Positions 1 through 9,040 of a stretch of DNA of 64,000 nt are shown here, one piece after another; positions within the stretch are counted from its first letter, which is position 1; every line of letters begins with the position of its first letter. The notes beneath the pieces were generated by a model. That model saw nothing but the letters and a program-made list of their open reading frames with translations, was not told the DNA's origin and did no database searches. The stretch covers positions 45,664 through 109,663 of the forward strand of contig JBEKWC010000011.1 of the NCBI GenBank assembly GCA_049513475.1. The letters run 5' to 3'. The translations under genes and the position numbers were made by a program. This stretch comes from Candidatus Sulfotelmatobacter sp. (GTDB lineage: Bacteria > Acidobacteriota > Terriglobia > Terriglobales > Acidobacteriaceae).

Positions 1-57
1 AGGCTAACAGCAAGGCCAACCCCAGTACCAGGCTCTTTGAAACTGTCGCGAATTTCA
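1..57 (-). CDS. 5' end of a secreted-protein gene running off the left edge (partial)
   Basis: ATG at 57 on the minus strand, preceded by AAGGAG. The reverse translation MKFATVSKSLVLGLALLLA looks like a signal peptide. Only 19 codons are visible. Confidence 0.4.
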
Positions 58-633
58 TGATGCTCCTTTTTCTTCTCCGAATTGCGTCGGAGAACGGTTG
101 GGGCGGCTCAGGATCGCGACTGACGCGAGAAAACGATTGTGTTTCGCCGCGAATCGCCTACAATGCAAACGCTGGGGTTCGGCAGACGGGCAGCGAAGCC
201 CGTCTCGCTGTGCGCGGGGGTTTTCTCACCTGGCCGCCAAACCGATGGTGAGAGAATCCCCTAACCCCGCAATTCTGTTGGTATCAATCCGGCCAGCTCC
301 CACAGCGCTGGCTGCCTGCACTCACTACTACGGAGTCATTTGCGGGAAAGTTCCGTAGCTCGGTTTATTTTTCGGTCGCCTTACGATCGGCTTGTTCAAT
401 GGACGAAGCGGGGGCGGATCGGGTAGCAGAAGAGGGAAGCGAATTTAGGTTGAGGAAGAGATACATTCCCGAAAAGGATTTTCCTCTCAGAGATCATCAA
501 CAGGGTTGATGTGTTTTGTCTTGGTATGGCCGGCGCATTTGTGTGATCCATCACGGTGAGATCACGCTGGACGATTGGAAGCCTCCTAGCGCGCGTGAGA
601 GCAGGTGCCGTATCTAGTGGGACTCGCTCAGCT

Positions 634-690
634 TTGCCACTTCGACCCGGCACTGCCGTGCCGGGCTTTCACATTCCGCCTCTTCGGGGC
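634..690 (+). repeat. REP-like element, family C copy 1 (hairpin CCCGGCAC-TGCC-GTGCCGGG with conserved flanks)
   Basis: Perfect 8-bp GC-rich stem at 646-653/658-665. A second, similar copy including the flanks lies at 61446-61505. Confidence 0.6.
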
Positions 691-738
691 TGCGATGCCA
701 TCACCGGCTGAGTTGTTGGGCTTTCCAACTTCCACGCC

Positions 739-1542
739 TTAGTCGGCGTCGCCGTGCTGGCGGTCTACTGACCAGATGCTGGCCTGATCCTTTTCGAAGG
801 GGTAGAGGTGGACCATCCAGTTGAAGATGATGGGGTGGAAGGTGCCGCCGGCGGTGGTGCAGGCTTCTTCGGTGGAGATCGATCCGCGCAAGCCGAACTG
901 CGGATGCGGGATCAGATATTCATTTTTTCGGCCCGCGGGTGCGGCGCAGAAATTTACGTGCTCGTGCCATTGCGCGATGCTGAGCGGGATGCGCTCGTCG
1001 AGTTGATCTTCGTTCAGGCGCTTGGGCGCGGTGTACATCACGCCGATCAGTTTGTAATCTTCGCCATGCTTTTCGTAGAGCAGCGAGGTGGGGTGCTCGG
1101 GGTTGAAGGCGCGGGCGGCTTCGAAGGCGTATTCGTAGTTGGTGAAGTGATACATCTTCTGCGGAACTTCGGGATGGAAAATTCTGAAGCCATCGGCGAG
1201 GGCGACGCGATAGTCGAGATATTTTTCCGACGCCTTGCGCGCGGCTTCCGCTATTTGTTTTGCGCGCTCGGCGTCGCCGGGTTTGGCCGGGCGGAGCGCG
1301 GTCATCTTCATGTGCGGGCCCATATCCATGTGGCCTTCCATCGAGTGCATGGCGTGGGCGCCGGCGTCGCCTTCGCTGTCTTTATTATTGTCTCCACCCA
1401 TGGACATGCCCTTCATGTTCGACATGTCGTGGCCAGACATATCCATGCCCGGCATGGTTTGCTGCGGGGCGGCTGGCTGTTGGCCCCAAGTGATGGTGGC
1501 GAGTAGGGAAATTGAAACAAGGATGATGATGCGGTCGCGCAT
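739..1542 (-). CDS. Secreted hypothetical protein with an N-terminal Met/His-rich tract
   Basis: 267-aa ORF with ATG at 1542 and GAGGAA upstream. Signal-peptide-like N-terminus, then the tract MPGMDMSGHDMSNMKGMSMGG...HAMHSMEGHMDMGPHMKM. Confidence 0.7.
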   Translation of the reverse strand: MRDRIIILVSISLLATITWGQQPAAPQQTMPGMDMSGHDMSNMKGMSMGGDNNKDSEGDAGAHAMHSMEGHMDMGPHMKMTALRPAKPGDAERAKQIAEAARKASEKYLDYRVALADGFRIFHPEVPQKMYHFTNYEYAFEAARAFNPEHPTSLLYEKHGEDYKLIGVMYTAPKRLNEDQLDERIPLSIAQWHEHVNFCAAPAGRKNEYLIPHPQFGLRGSISTEEACTTAGGTFHPIIFNWMVHLYPFEKDQASIWSVDRQHGDAD

Positions 1543-1675
1543 GAAAGTTTCCTCGGGGCTTCAGAATATAGTAACCCCCGCGTGGCGGAGTTGTTTCTGC
1601 GAAGCGATGCTGCGCAGATGACGCAGGTAATCGACTTGATAGCAAACGTCGACGGTGTTTCAACGTTTTGCTTCT

Positions 1676-2143
1676 TTACGGTAGAGGTTCCGAGACGTGC
1701 TCGTGAACCGTCTTCCACTTGCCGTCCTGGTTTTCGAACACGGCGGTCCAGCGGAAGTTGCTCATCTCGACTTTGCCAGCGGCGGTCGTCATCTCGCTGT
1801 TCAGCGTGGCTGTAACCCAGACCAAGTCGCCATGGGGATGGATGGCGAGGTCGTCGGTCAAGGTGAACTGGGCGCTCTTGTAACCGGAGACGACACCCTT
1901 GACGCCCTTTTCGTATTCGTCCCAACTGCTGTATTTCAAGGGAGCGATGTCGAAGAAGGTGTGGGGGCCGGTGGCGTAGTATTGCGACACGTTAGCGGGA
2001 TCGAGGGTGGACCAGCCATCCCAGATTTTTTGCAGGTAGGCTTTGTCGGGAGCGGGCGGGGCTGTCGATTTCTTCGGCGGAATGGCCAAGCTGGCGGCGG
2101 CGAGAACGACAAGGCAGAGTAGAAAGACGGGAAGGCGTTTCAT
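1676..2143 (-). CDS. Secreted SnoaL-like/NTF2-fold (DUF4440-like) protein
   Basis: Internal ATG at 2143 with GGAGGAGCC just upstream gives MKRLPVFLLCLVVLAAASLA (signal peptide). The size and sequence pattern fit a small NTF2-like domain. The longer track ORF to 2317 has a non-protein-like N-terminus. Confidence 0.6.
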   Translation of the reverse strand: MKRLPVFLLCLVVLAAASLAIPPKKSTAPPAPDKAYLQKIWDGWSTLDPANVSQYYATGPHTFFDIAPLKYSSWDEYEKGVKGVVSGYKSAQFTLTDDLAIHPHGDLVWVTATLNSEMTTAAGKVEMSNFRWTAVFENQDGKWKTVHEHVSEPLP

Positions 2144-2389
2144 TGGGTGGCTCCTCCAAGAGTCCGCGGAATTTTCGCACATCGCTGGCTCGCGCGCAAA
2201 GAGGGCTGGCATGGTTGCCGCATAGGCTGCCCTGGCGTGCTTGGTTGAAGGTTTCGAGGGCGTCCTCGCTGTCGGCGCGGCGGGCGAGGACGTCCGCCGG
2301 GAAGGCGGCGCTACCATCGCTATCGCTGCGCGGGGCGCTGCTTTTGAGAATGTTTTGAGGATTGACGTTTAACGGGTGGGAAAAAATAA

Positions 2390-2690
2390 GAGTTCCGAGG
2401 TAGTGTTGGGTCCATTCGTCTCGGCCAGTAGCTCGCTTATGACCCTCGCTTGACCTGCTACGCGGCTCCCCTTGCGGGTTGCTACGTGCGATCTTTGCTT
2501 GGGCTCCGGGCTTACCGCCAACCGGAAAAACCTACCCAACGCCTCGGAACTCTGTCTTGCCTTCGACGTTTCTTCTTGTTCTCCTCGACCAGCGCTTTGC
2601 TATAGACCCTTGCTTGCCCTCCCTGTTCATTTGCATGAAGAGGGTGACTGCGCTTGAGTCCCGGACGCGGCACCAACCGGAAAAACTCTA
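2390..2690 (+). ncRNA. Candidate structured non-coding element made of two tandem homologous modules of about 150 nt (class unknown, strand tentative)
   Basis: Long-range helix: 2390-2400 pairs with 2542-2552 and 2405-2410 with 2535-2540. Module 2 repeats blocks of module 1 (GACCCTCGCTTGACC vs GACCCTTGCTTGCCC; both end in CCAACCGGAAAAAC). No convincing ORF. TTGACG-N17-AATAAG lies just upstream at 2362-2390. Confidence 0.3.
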
Positions 2691-3044
2691 GAAGATGTCA
2701 AAGAACGATTATGGTTTTACGCTTTTTATTTTTAGAGTCAACGAAAATTGTGGGTTTTTAACACGCGTATTTTCAGGCGAGTGCAGCGCGTCCACAGGCG
2801 GGTGACCGGAATTGGTGCAGCGCGGCGGCCAACGGAGCGCAGGGCACGCGCAGAGCGGAGTTTTGGGAGCTTGAATTTAGAGCGCTAAGGAGCCGACGGC
2901 TGCCGGCGTATTCTCCGCCATTGTGAAAAACGGGCGAAAGCGGCGTCCAGCGAAGGCTTCGTTTGCACCGGAATACTCAGGATAGTATGGCCGAGCATCA
3001 AGAAATATGTCGAAAGCTCCGGTGAAAGCTGGAGCGTTGCGAAG

Positions 3045-4022
3045 TTGGCCTCGGGGATTGGCCCTAACGCGATTGTACTAACCCACTTGCGGCCAGTTTT
3101 TCCTTTGACTCATCGATGCTGCGAAACTACACTCGCGGCTCGTGGTGGTTCCCAAGATAAATTCAGTTTTCTGAGGGAAGCAGAGAATACAAGGAGAAAA
3201 AAAGATGATCACAACAGTCGGTTGTTCGGCTTGGCAGCGATAGCTCTCGCCGCTTTCGTCATGGGGGTGAGCGCGAGTGCTTTCGCGGCCACGGATGGGA
3301 CATGCTCGGGCGGGTCCATCGCTTCTGGTGTGTACTCAAATTTAAATGTCTCGGGGCTCTGCACCGTCGACGCAGGACCCGTCTCGGTTCGGAATAATCT
3401 CACGGTGCAGGCCGGCGGAACGTTGATCGCCTCGTACGGCGGAACGGATAAAGGGCCGGCAGCGTCCAACTTAAACATCACCGGAAACCTCTATGTGCTG
3501 ACGGGCGGCATCCTCGTCCTCGGGTGCGAGCCGGTGAATTATGTTTGCGTCAACGATCCCGATCAGGCAGTCGGGACCTACTTTACCCGCGACAGGGTTG
3601 GTGGAAGCATTATCGCCGAAGATGCTCTCGTCGTCATCGTTCACCTCAGCATTGTCGATCAGGACGTCACCGTGACCGGAGGTGGCGGCGGAGTTTCCTG
3701 CGCCGGTTCGATCGGCGCACTAGGGGGATCTCCGCCCTACGGCGATTTCGAGGACGTGATTATTGGAGGCAACGTGTCAATCACCGGATGGCAATCTTGC
3801 TGGTTGGGCTTCTTCCGCGATACCGTCGCGCTCAACGTCGACTTCAACGACAACCTGACGGCGGATCCGGACGGCAACGAGATGGGAACAAACTCCATCC
3901 TGGGAAACTTGAAGTGTGCCGGAAACAGCCCGACGCCACAACTCGGCGACTCTGGCGGAAGTTTGAGCAATGTCTTTGGGAGAGCGCACGGTCAGTGCGC
4001 CAGTTCTGGCCTTGTACGCTGA
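3045..4022 (+). CDS. Secreted hypothetical protein, Gly/Asn-rich and possibly beta-helix-like; start uncertain
   Basis: The ORF contains a signal-like segment, LFGLAAIALAAFVMGVSASAFA. In-frame TTG codons at 3045 and 3222 are candidate starts. Repetitive G-x-L-x-V/N segments. Confidence 0.55.
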   Translation: MASGIGPNAIVLTHLRPVFPLTHRCCETTLAARGGSQDKFSFLREAENTRRKKDDHNSRLFGLAAIALAAFVMGVSASAFAATDGTCSGGSIASGVYSNLNVSGLCTVDAGPVSVRNNLTVQAGGTLIASYGGTDKGPAASNLNITGNLYVLTGGILVLGCEPVNYVCVNDPDQAVGTYFTRDRVGGSIIAEDALVVIVHLSIVDQDVTVTGGGGGVSCAGSIGALGGSPPYGDFEDVIIGGNVSITGWQSCWLGFFRDTVALNVDFNDNLTADPDGNEMGTNSILGNLKCAGNSPTPQLGDSGGSLSNVFGRAHGQCASSGLVR

Positions 4023-4030
4023 ACGAAGAG

Positions 4031-4064
4031 CCGGCCTTCGCCTGTTGTTCGGGCCGAAGGCCGG
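4031..4064 (+). terminator. Possible intrinsic terminator hairpin after the 3045-4022 gene
   Basis: CCGGCCTTCG (4031-4040) pairs with CGAAGGCCGG (4055-4064) around a 14-nt loop. The downstream T-tract is weak. Confidence 0.35.
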
Positions 4065-4095
4065 TCTAATTGCTTGGCCGAGTATGTGGAGCTAC

Positions 4096-4131
4096 GCTCG
4101 ACGGACAGCCGGGGGCGGCTGTCCTCACAAG
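4096..4131 (+). repeat. REP-like element, family B copy 1 (GGACAGCC-loop-GGCTGTCC-YCACA)
   Basis: 8-bp hairpin 4103-4110/4117-4124. Near-identical copy at 6987-7022 and a partial copy at 20474-20501. Confidence 0.65.
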
Positions 4132-4339
4132 ACAACAGTTCGAGCGAGTTGGTAGTCGCGGCCTCCCGTTCCTCCTTTTGTAATCACCCAGCAGCAGCCG
4201 AAGCAGTGGCCTTTGGGCCCTAAACGGGCCTCAGCCTGTCAGACCCAGACATGGCTATCGGGTTTGCGCCTGCGCCTACGGTGTGCTAACGTCCCATTAA
4301 TTTCGAGTTGAGACTTCGAAATTCCTCAAGGAGCCGCTC

Positions 4340-4888
4340 ATGTTCGGCATCATCTTTCTCGTAATCCTGGTGGTCATCGCCGTCGTGCTCGTCGGCATGT
4401 ACAACAGCCTGGTGCAGCTGCGGGTGCGCTGCGACTCAGCCTGGTCCGATATTGACGTGCAACTCAAGCGCCGCCATGATTTGATCCCGAACCTGGTTGA
4501 GACCGTCAAGGGTTACGCGACGCACGAAAAAGGGACCTTCGAAAACATCGCCAAGTTCCGCTCGCAGGCCATGCAGGCGACCACTCCAGAGGGCAAGGCG
4601 GCGGCCGAGAATCAACTGACCGGAGCGCTGAAAAGCCTGTTTGCCGTGGCGGAAAATTATCCGGAGCTAAAGGCTTCGGAAGAATTCACCCAACTGCAAG
4701 GCTCGCTCAGCCAGACGGAGGATTCGATTCAGAACGCGCGGCGCTACTACAACGCCGTGGTGCGCGACCTGAATACGAAGATTCAGTCCTTCCCGACGAA
4801 CATTCTCGCGGGCATGTTCAACTTCATTCCGCGCCAGTTCTTCGAAACCGCTGAACCGGACCGCGAGCCGGTCGCCGTGAAGTTCTGA
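4340..4888 (+). CDS. lemA: LemA family protein
   Basis: 182 aa, AAGGAG RBS, N-terminal TM helix, then the LemA-like pattern YNSLVQLRVRCDSAWSDIDVQLKRRHDLIPNLVETVKGYATHE. Confidence 0.85.
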   Translation: MFGIIFLVILVVIAVVLVGMYNSLVQLRVRCDSAWSDIDVQLKRRHDLIPNLVETVKGYATHEKGTFENIAKFRSQAMQATTPEGKAAAENQLTGALKSLFAVAENYPELKASEEFTQLQGSLSQTEDSIQNARRYYNAVVRDLNTKIQSFPTNILAGMFNFIPRQFFETAEPDREPVAVKF

Positions 4889-4892
4889 TCCT

Positions 4893-6653
4893 ATGATCAG
4901 AGCTATGAAAAATCCTGGCGTACGCGGTTTCGTGCTGTTCGCGATTACCGTTTTTCTCGCCACTCCGCTCGCCGCAAAATCCTGGCGGATCTCCAACTTT
5001 CAGGATGACATTACGGTCAGCACCGATGGCACCGCTGAAGTTCGCGAGACCATCACTTTGCTCTTCGACGGCCCGTGGCACGGCATTCACCGCACCATCC
5101 CGATCGAATATCCCGGGCCCGACGGGACTAACTATCAGCTTTTTCTCCAGGGGGTGAGCGTCACAGACGAGAGCGGCGCCAAGCTGAAATACGACTCTTC
5201 GACCTCGGGTGGGAATCGCGATCTGAAAATCTATATCCCCGACGCGGTCGATGCTACGCGCACAGTTGAAATTGCCTATCACGTGCGCAACGCGACGCGC
5301 TTCTTCGACCAATACGATGAGTTCTATTGGAACGTGAACGGCAACGACTGGCCGGTGCCCATCGAGCACGCGATGGCGACAGTGCACTTTCCGGACGGCG
5401 CCAGCGGAACGCTGCGCGCGCAAGCGTTTACCGGCGTATACCGCTCGACCGAGCGCAATGCGGCGGCGAAGGCTGAAGGCGCGACGGCTGAATTCGAGAC
5501 GAACAATCCTTTGCCCATGCGCGGGGGCTTGACGATCGATGTCTATGTTCCCAAGGGCATTCTCAGCCAGCCCCGTTCGCTGACGAAATTATTCTGGTTT
5601 ATCGGGAGCAATCCGGCCGTGTTCCTGCCGCCGGTGACGCTGGTTGTGATGTTTGTCCTGTGGTGGTACGCGGGACGCGATCCCGACCCCGGCATGTCGG
5701 TTGCGCCCATGTATGAGCCGCCGCCGGGCGTGACTCCGGCGGAGGCCGGAACTTTGCTCGACGATCGCATTCATCCTCGCGACATTACATCGACCATCGT
5801 CGATCTGGCGGTGCGCGGCTTCATCAAGATCGAAGAGGTGGACGACAAGGGTCTTGTGTTCCATCACAAAGATTACGTCTTTCATTTGCTCAAACCTGTG
5901 GCGGAGTGGACCGATAAGAGTCTTGCGCCGCACGAGCGCGTCATGCTGGAGAATCTCTTCCAGGGCGGACAGGAAACGCGCCTTTCCGCTCTGAAGAATC
6001 GTTTTTACACCGCCCTTCCGGTCATCCGGCAGGACATTATGGCGGCGCTGAAGCTGAAAGGCATCTACTCGCTCGATCCGGAATCGGCCAACGGCTACAG
6101 CATTGCAGCGGCCGTCTGCATCCTAATCCCATTCGCGATCATTCAATACTTGGGCTTGGCCGATTTCTTGAGTTCCGTGCCGGTGGTGGTTGTTTGCGTG
6201 ACGATCGGCGCCGCGATCTGGTGGCTTTTTGCGCGCGTGATGACGGCGAAGACGATCAAAGGAGCGCGCACGCACATCGCCGTGCTTGGCTTTCAGGAGT
6301 TCATGAATCGGGTGGATGCGGAGCGCCTTAAAGTGATGCCTCCGGATACATTCGAAAAATTCTTGCCTTATGCCATGGCGCTGGGCGTGGAGCATCATTG
6401 GGCGCAGGCGTTCGCCGGCATCGTGCAAAATCCACCGAGTTGGTATGCGGCTCCGGGGGGCTATGGATACGGTGCAGGATTCAACCCAATTCTGTTTTCT
6501 TCGAGCATGCACGGCATGGCTACGGATATGCATCAGGTGTTCGTATCTGCGCCGCGGGCGAGTTCTTCGGGATCGGGCTGGGGCGGCGGTGGTGGAGGCG
6601 GCGGAGGATTCTCCGGGGGCGGGTTTGGCGGCGGTGGCGGGAGTGCGTTCTAG
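4893..6653 (+). CDS. DUF2207-like membrane protein with a Gly-rich C-terminus
   Basis: 586 aa, starting 5 nt after the lemA stop. Signal peptide, large extracytoplasmic domain, TM helices and a GGGGGGGGFSGGGFGGGGG tail. A LemA + DUF2207 pair is a common arrangement. Confidence 0.75.
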   Translation: MIRAMKNPGVRGFVLFAITVFLATPLAAKSWRISNFQDDITVSTDGTAEVRETITLLFDGPWHGIHRTIPIEYPGPDGTNYQLFLQGVSVTDESGAKLKYDSSTSGGNRDLKIYIPDAVDATRTVEIAYHVRNATRFFDQYDEFYWNVNGNDWPVPIEHAMATVHFPDGASGTLRAQAFTGVYRSTERNAAAKAEGATAEFETNNPLPMRGGLTIDVYVPKGILSQPRSLTKLFWFIGSNPAVFLPPVTLVVMFVLWWYAGRDPDPGMSVAPMYEPPPGVTPAEAGTLLDDRIHPRDITSTIVDLAVRGFIKIEEVDDKGLVFHHKDYVFHLLKPVAEWTDKSLAPHERVMLENLFQGGQETRLSALKNRFYTALPVIRQDIMAALKLKGIYSLDPESANGYSIAAAVCILIPFAIIQYLGLADFLSSVPVVVVCVTIGAAIWWLFARVMTAKTIKGARTHIAVLGFQEFMNRVDAERLKVMPPDTFEKFLPYAMALGVEHHWAQAFAGIVQNPPSWYAAPGGYGYGAGFNPILFSSSMHGMATDMHQVFVSAPRASSSGSGWGGGGGGGGGFSGGGFGGGGGSAF

Positions 6654-6732
6654 TGTGGCGTCCCGAAAATTCGCAGAATCAGTACGGGGCCGGGCGCACG
6701 TAACAACGATCGTGCGGGTCGAATCAATGACA

Positions 6733-6769
6733 GGGGTCCTTCGCGCAAAAAGCGCAGCCAGGATGACAA
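6733..6769 (+). repeat. REP-like element, family A copy 1 (GGGGTCCTTCG...CAGGATGACAA)
   Basis: Shared termini with copies at 19546-19608, 23791-23818 and 28585-28614. The variable core here is the hairpin GCGC-AAAAA-GCGC. Confidence 0.7.
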
Positions 6770-6832
6770 CCGAAGTTTATGGAGCGAATTTTATCGACAG
6801 CACAATAAGCTAAACGCTTTTGACGAGGGATT

Positions 6833-6909
6833 TGGTGCGCCCGGAGAGACTCGAACTCCCAACCCTCTGCTCCGAAGGCAGATGCTCTATCCAGTTGAGC
6901 TACGGGCGC
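6833..6909 (-). tRNA. tRNA-Arg (anticodon TCG), CCA encoded
   Basis: Reverse complement folds as GCGCCCG/CGGGCGC (7-bp acceptor), D arm GCTC..GAGC, anticodon stem TCTGC/GCAGA with loop CTTCGGA, T arm GGGAG-TTCGAGT-CTCTC, then ACCA. Confidence 0.93.
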
Positions 6910-6986
6910 CCTGACAGCATTTTACGGCAAAGAAGAATGGGTACGAAGGCGAAGTTGTCGTGAGCCGAAATTTAGAGCCGAGCTGG

Positions 6987-7022
6987 GCTCGGCGGACAGC
7001 CCGGGGTGGCTGTCCCCACATG
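6987..7022 (+). repeat. REP-like element, family B copy 2
   Basis: GCTCGGCGGACAGCCCGGGGTGGCTGTCCCCACATG. Same hairpin and flanks as 4096-4131. Confidence 0.65.
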
Positions 7023-7090
7023 GTTTCATCGGCCGTCCCCACATTCTGGGATCCACTGTCCCCGCGTTTGTCTCCGCTCCAATGCTTGCC

Positions 7091-8581
7091 CTACTCCATT
7101 TCAAAACCTAGATACGTTAGGCCGTCACTGCGTTCTACTTGCAGTACCACGGGGTCGCCGGTTTTCAGGCTGACGACCGAGGCGCGCAAGGCGTCCATGG
7201 AGTTGATGGGCGCGGTGTTGAGGGCGTGGATGATGTCGCCGGTTTGCAGGCCGGTGTCGGGAGTGATGAGGTCGACGGCGCGACCGAGCACGACTACACC
7301 GGAGCCGATGCGCAGGGGACCGACTTGTTTGAGCACGTCGGGAGTGAGATCGGCGGCGAGAATGCCGAGGCGCGAGATGAGACTCTTCTCAGGATCGGCG
7401 GCGTCGAAGAGCTGATCCATCTGATCGCGGTGTTCGATGGCCGGGACATAGAGAGTCTGTTTTTGGTCGCCGCGAAGAACTTCGAGCTTGAGCACTTCAT
7501 CGAGGCGGTGAAGATAAAGTGCTGAAGTAAGGCCCGGAAGAGTTTCGACGCGGTGACCGTCCGCGGTTAGAACAATATCCTGAACCTGCAGGCCGGCGGC
7601 GGCGGCAGGCCCGTCGGGCTTGACGTCGGCGACGATGACACCCCAGCGTTGCGAGAGGTGGAGACCATCGGCCAGCGTGGGGGTGATCTCCTGGGCGACG
7701 GCCCCAATCTCGACGCGGTGTACGTGGCCGTACTTGCGCAGGCTGTGATAGACGAAATCGACGACGCGGGCGGGAATGGCGAAGCCTAGGCCTTCGCTGC
7801 CTCCGCCTTCGGAAAGAATAAAAGTGTTGATGCCGACCACGGAGCCGTTCATATCGACAAGCGGTCCGCCGCTGTTGCCGGGGTTGATGGGGGCGTCGGT
7901 CTGAATGTAAGTGAGCGGCTTGTCGGGGTCGGGCTGGCGCGCGACGGCGCTGACTACGCCCATGGTCACGGAGTTTTGCAGGCCCTCGGGGCTGCCGATG
8001 GCGAAGACCAATTGACCCACGCGCGCTCGCTGCTGTGAGAGCAGGGGCAGAGTGGGGAGATCTTTTTCTTCGATCTTGAGCAGCGCGAGATCGGTTTCTT
8101 TGTGAACGCCCACGAGGCGCGCTCCGAGGATGTGACGCTTGCCCACCGGGACGGGGCGGCCGGATTCACCAGGCAGGGGCAGCGCCACCCGGATGCGCTG
8201 CGCGCCTTCGACCACGTGCGCGTTGGTCATGATGTAGCCATCGGAATCGACGATCACGCCGGAGCCGACGGCGTGCTGGCGCACGATGAGAGCGGTTTGA
8301 GTGCGACTTTCTTCGTGCAGCGGGCCGTAGCCGGTCACGAGAATCTGAACCACCGCGGGCGAAACCTTGGAGGCGAGGGCTTCGAGGGCGTTGTTGAGTT
8401 GCACCAGGGGGCCGAGGGCTGCGGATTCCTCGGTCGTCGACGTTGCCGGCGGGAGTTTGGTGCCGGGATTGGGGTTGGCCTGCACTTGGGACCAGAGAGG
8501 AACGGTGGCCAAAAGCAGAATCGCGGCACTATAGAAGATGACGCGCGGGTCATGATTTGCGCGGGGGAATGAAGCGGGCAT
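7091..8581 (-). CDS. htrA: HtrA/DegP-family periplasmic serine protease with two PDZ domains
   Basis: ATG at 8581 with AGGAGA RBS. Catalytic motifs TNAHVV, DLALLK and GNSGGPLV. The C-terminal half is PDZ-like. The track ORF start at 8704 adds a non-protein-like extension. Confidence 0.9.
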   Translation of the reverse strand: MPASFPRANHDPRVIFYSAAILLLATVPLWSQVQANPNPGTKLPPATSTTEESAALGPLVQLNNALEALASKVSPAVVQILVTGYGPLHEESRTQTALIVRQHAVGSGVIVDSDGYIMTNAHVVEGAQRIRVALPLPGESGRPVPVGKRHILGARLVGVHKETDLALLKIEEKDLPTLPLLSQQRARVGQLVFAIGSPEGLQNSVTMGVVSAVARQPDPDKPLTYIQTDAPINPGNSGGPLVDMNGSVVGINTFILSEGGGSEGLGFAIPARVVDFVYHSLRKYGHVHRVEIGAVAQEITPTLADGLHLSQRWGVIVADVKPDGPAAAAGLQVQDIVLTADGHRVETLPGLTSALYLHRLDEVLKLEVLRGDQKQTLYVPAIEHRDQMDQLFDAADPEKSLISRLGILAADLTPDVLKQVGPLRIGSGVVVLGRAVDLITPDTGLQTGDIIHALNTAPINSMDALRASVVSLKTGDPVVLQVERSDGLTYLGFEME

Positions 8582-8764
8582 GAGTTCGCTCTCCTGGTTA
8601 CGGACGGAAACACCACTTATCAGACGGTACCACGCGGGGTTCGGTTGCAGTATAAGGTGGGTTAGCAAACGCGCGACCCTGGTAAATGTGAGATTCTTGG
8701 ACACTGGCCAGGGAGCGAGCGTTTAGTCTATGGTGTGCGGCTATTTTGAGTGGAAGGGCGAAAC

Positions 8765-8947
8765 ATGCGCGTACTGAGGTCGGAAACGCCGGAAACAAAT
8801 GCCGCACCCGCCAGGGATGCAAGCGACGCTCCGGCGAAGTATCCCGAGAATTTCTGTCCGAACTGTTCGACGGAGTTGAAGGGACAGCGCTGCAAATCGG
8901 TTTGCCCGCAGTGCGGATTCTACTTGAGCTGCTCCGATTTCTACTGA
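8765..8947 (+). CDS. Small zinc-ribbon protein (60 aa)
   Basis: ATG at 8765 with GGAAGGG upstream. Contains CPNC...CPQC (four Cys in two CxxC pairs). Confidence 0.5.
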   Translation: MRVLRSETPETNAAPARDASDAPAKYPENFCPNCSTELKGQRCKSVCPQCGFYLSCSDFY

Positions 8948-9040
8948 GCTTCGGGATTCGATTACCACGCCTGACAGTCCGGGCGATCTCCGTCTACAAT
9001 GGCAGGGGTTCGTTTTGTCATCATTCATCAGGAGAAAGCT

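Noticed and set aside
808-1506. Long ORFs antisense to or overlapping confident genes (e.g. 808-1506 +, 15174-16028 -, 16163-17017 -, 20563-21441 -, 21863-22891 -, 55799-57208 -, 59953-61137 +, 61888-62592 -)
   Set aside because: Their translations are Arg/Pro/Gly/His-rich and low in complexity, which is typical of shadow frames in high-GC DNA. Each lies opposite a gene with clear family motifs.
2390-2690. Possible RNase P RNA, tmRNA, SRP RNA or 6S RNA
   Set aside because: GGUAAGCCCGGAGCCCA (minus strand) and CCGGGCUUACC (plus strand) resemble P4-region strings only loosely. GAGGAAAGUCCGGGC, ACAGAA, a tRNA-like 3' end, a tag reading frame ending in hydrophobic residues and the SRP GGAA tetraloop region are all absent. 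It is kept only as an unclassified candidate.
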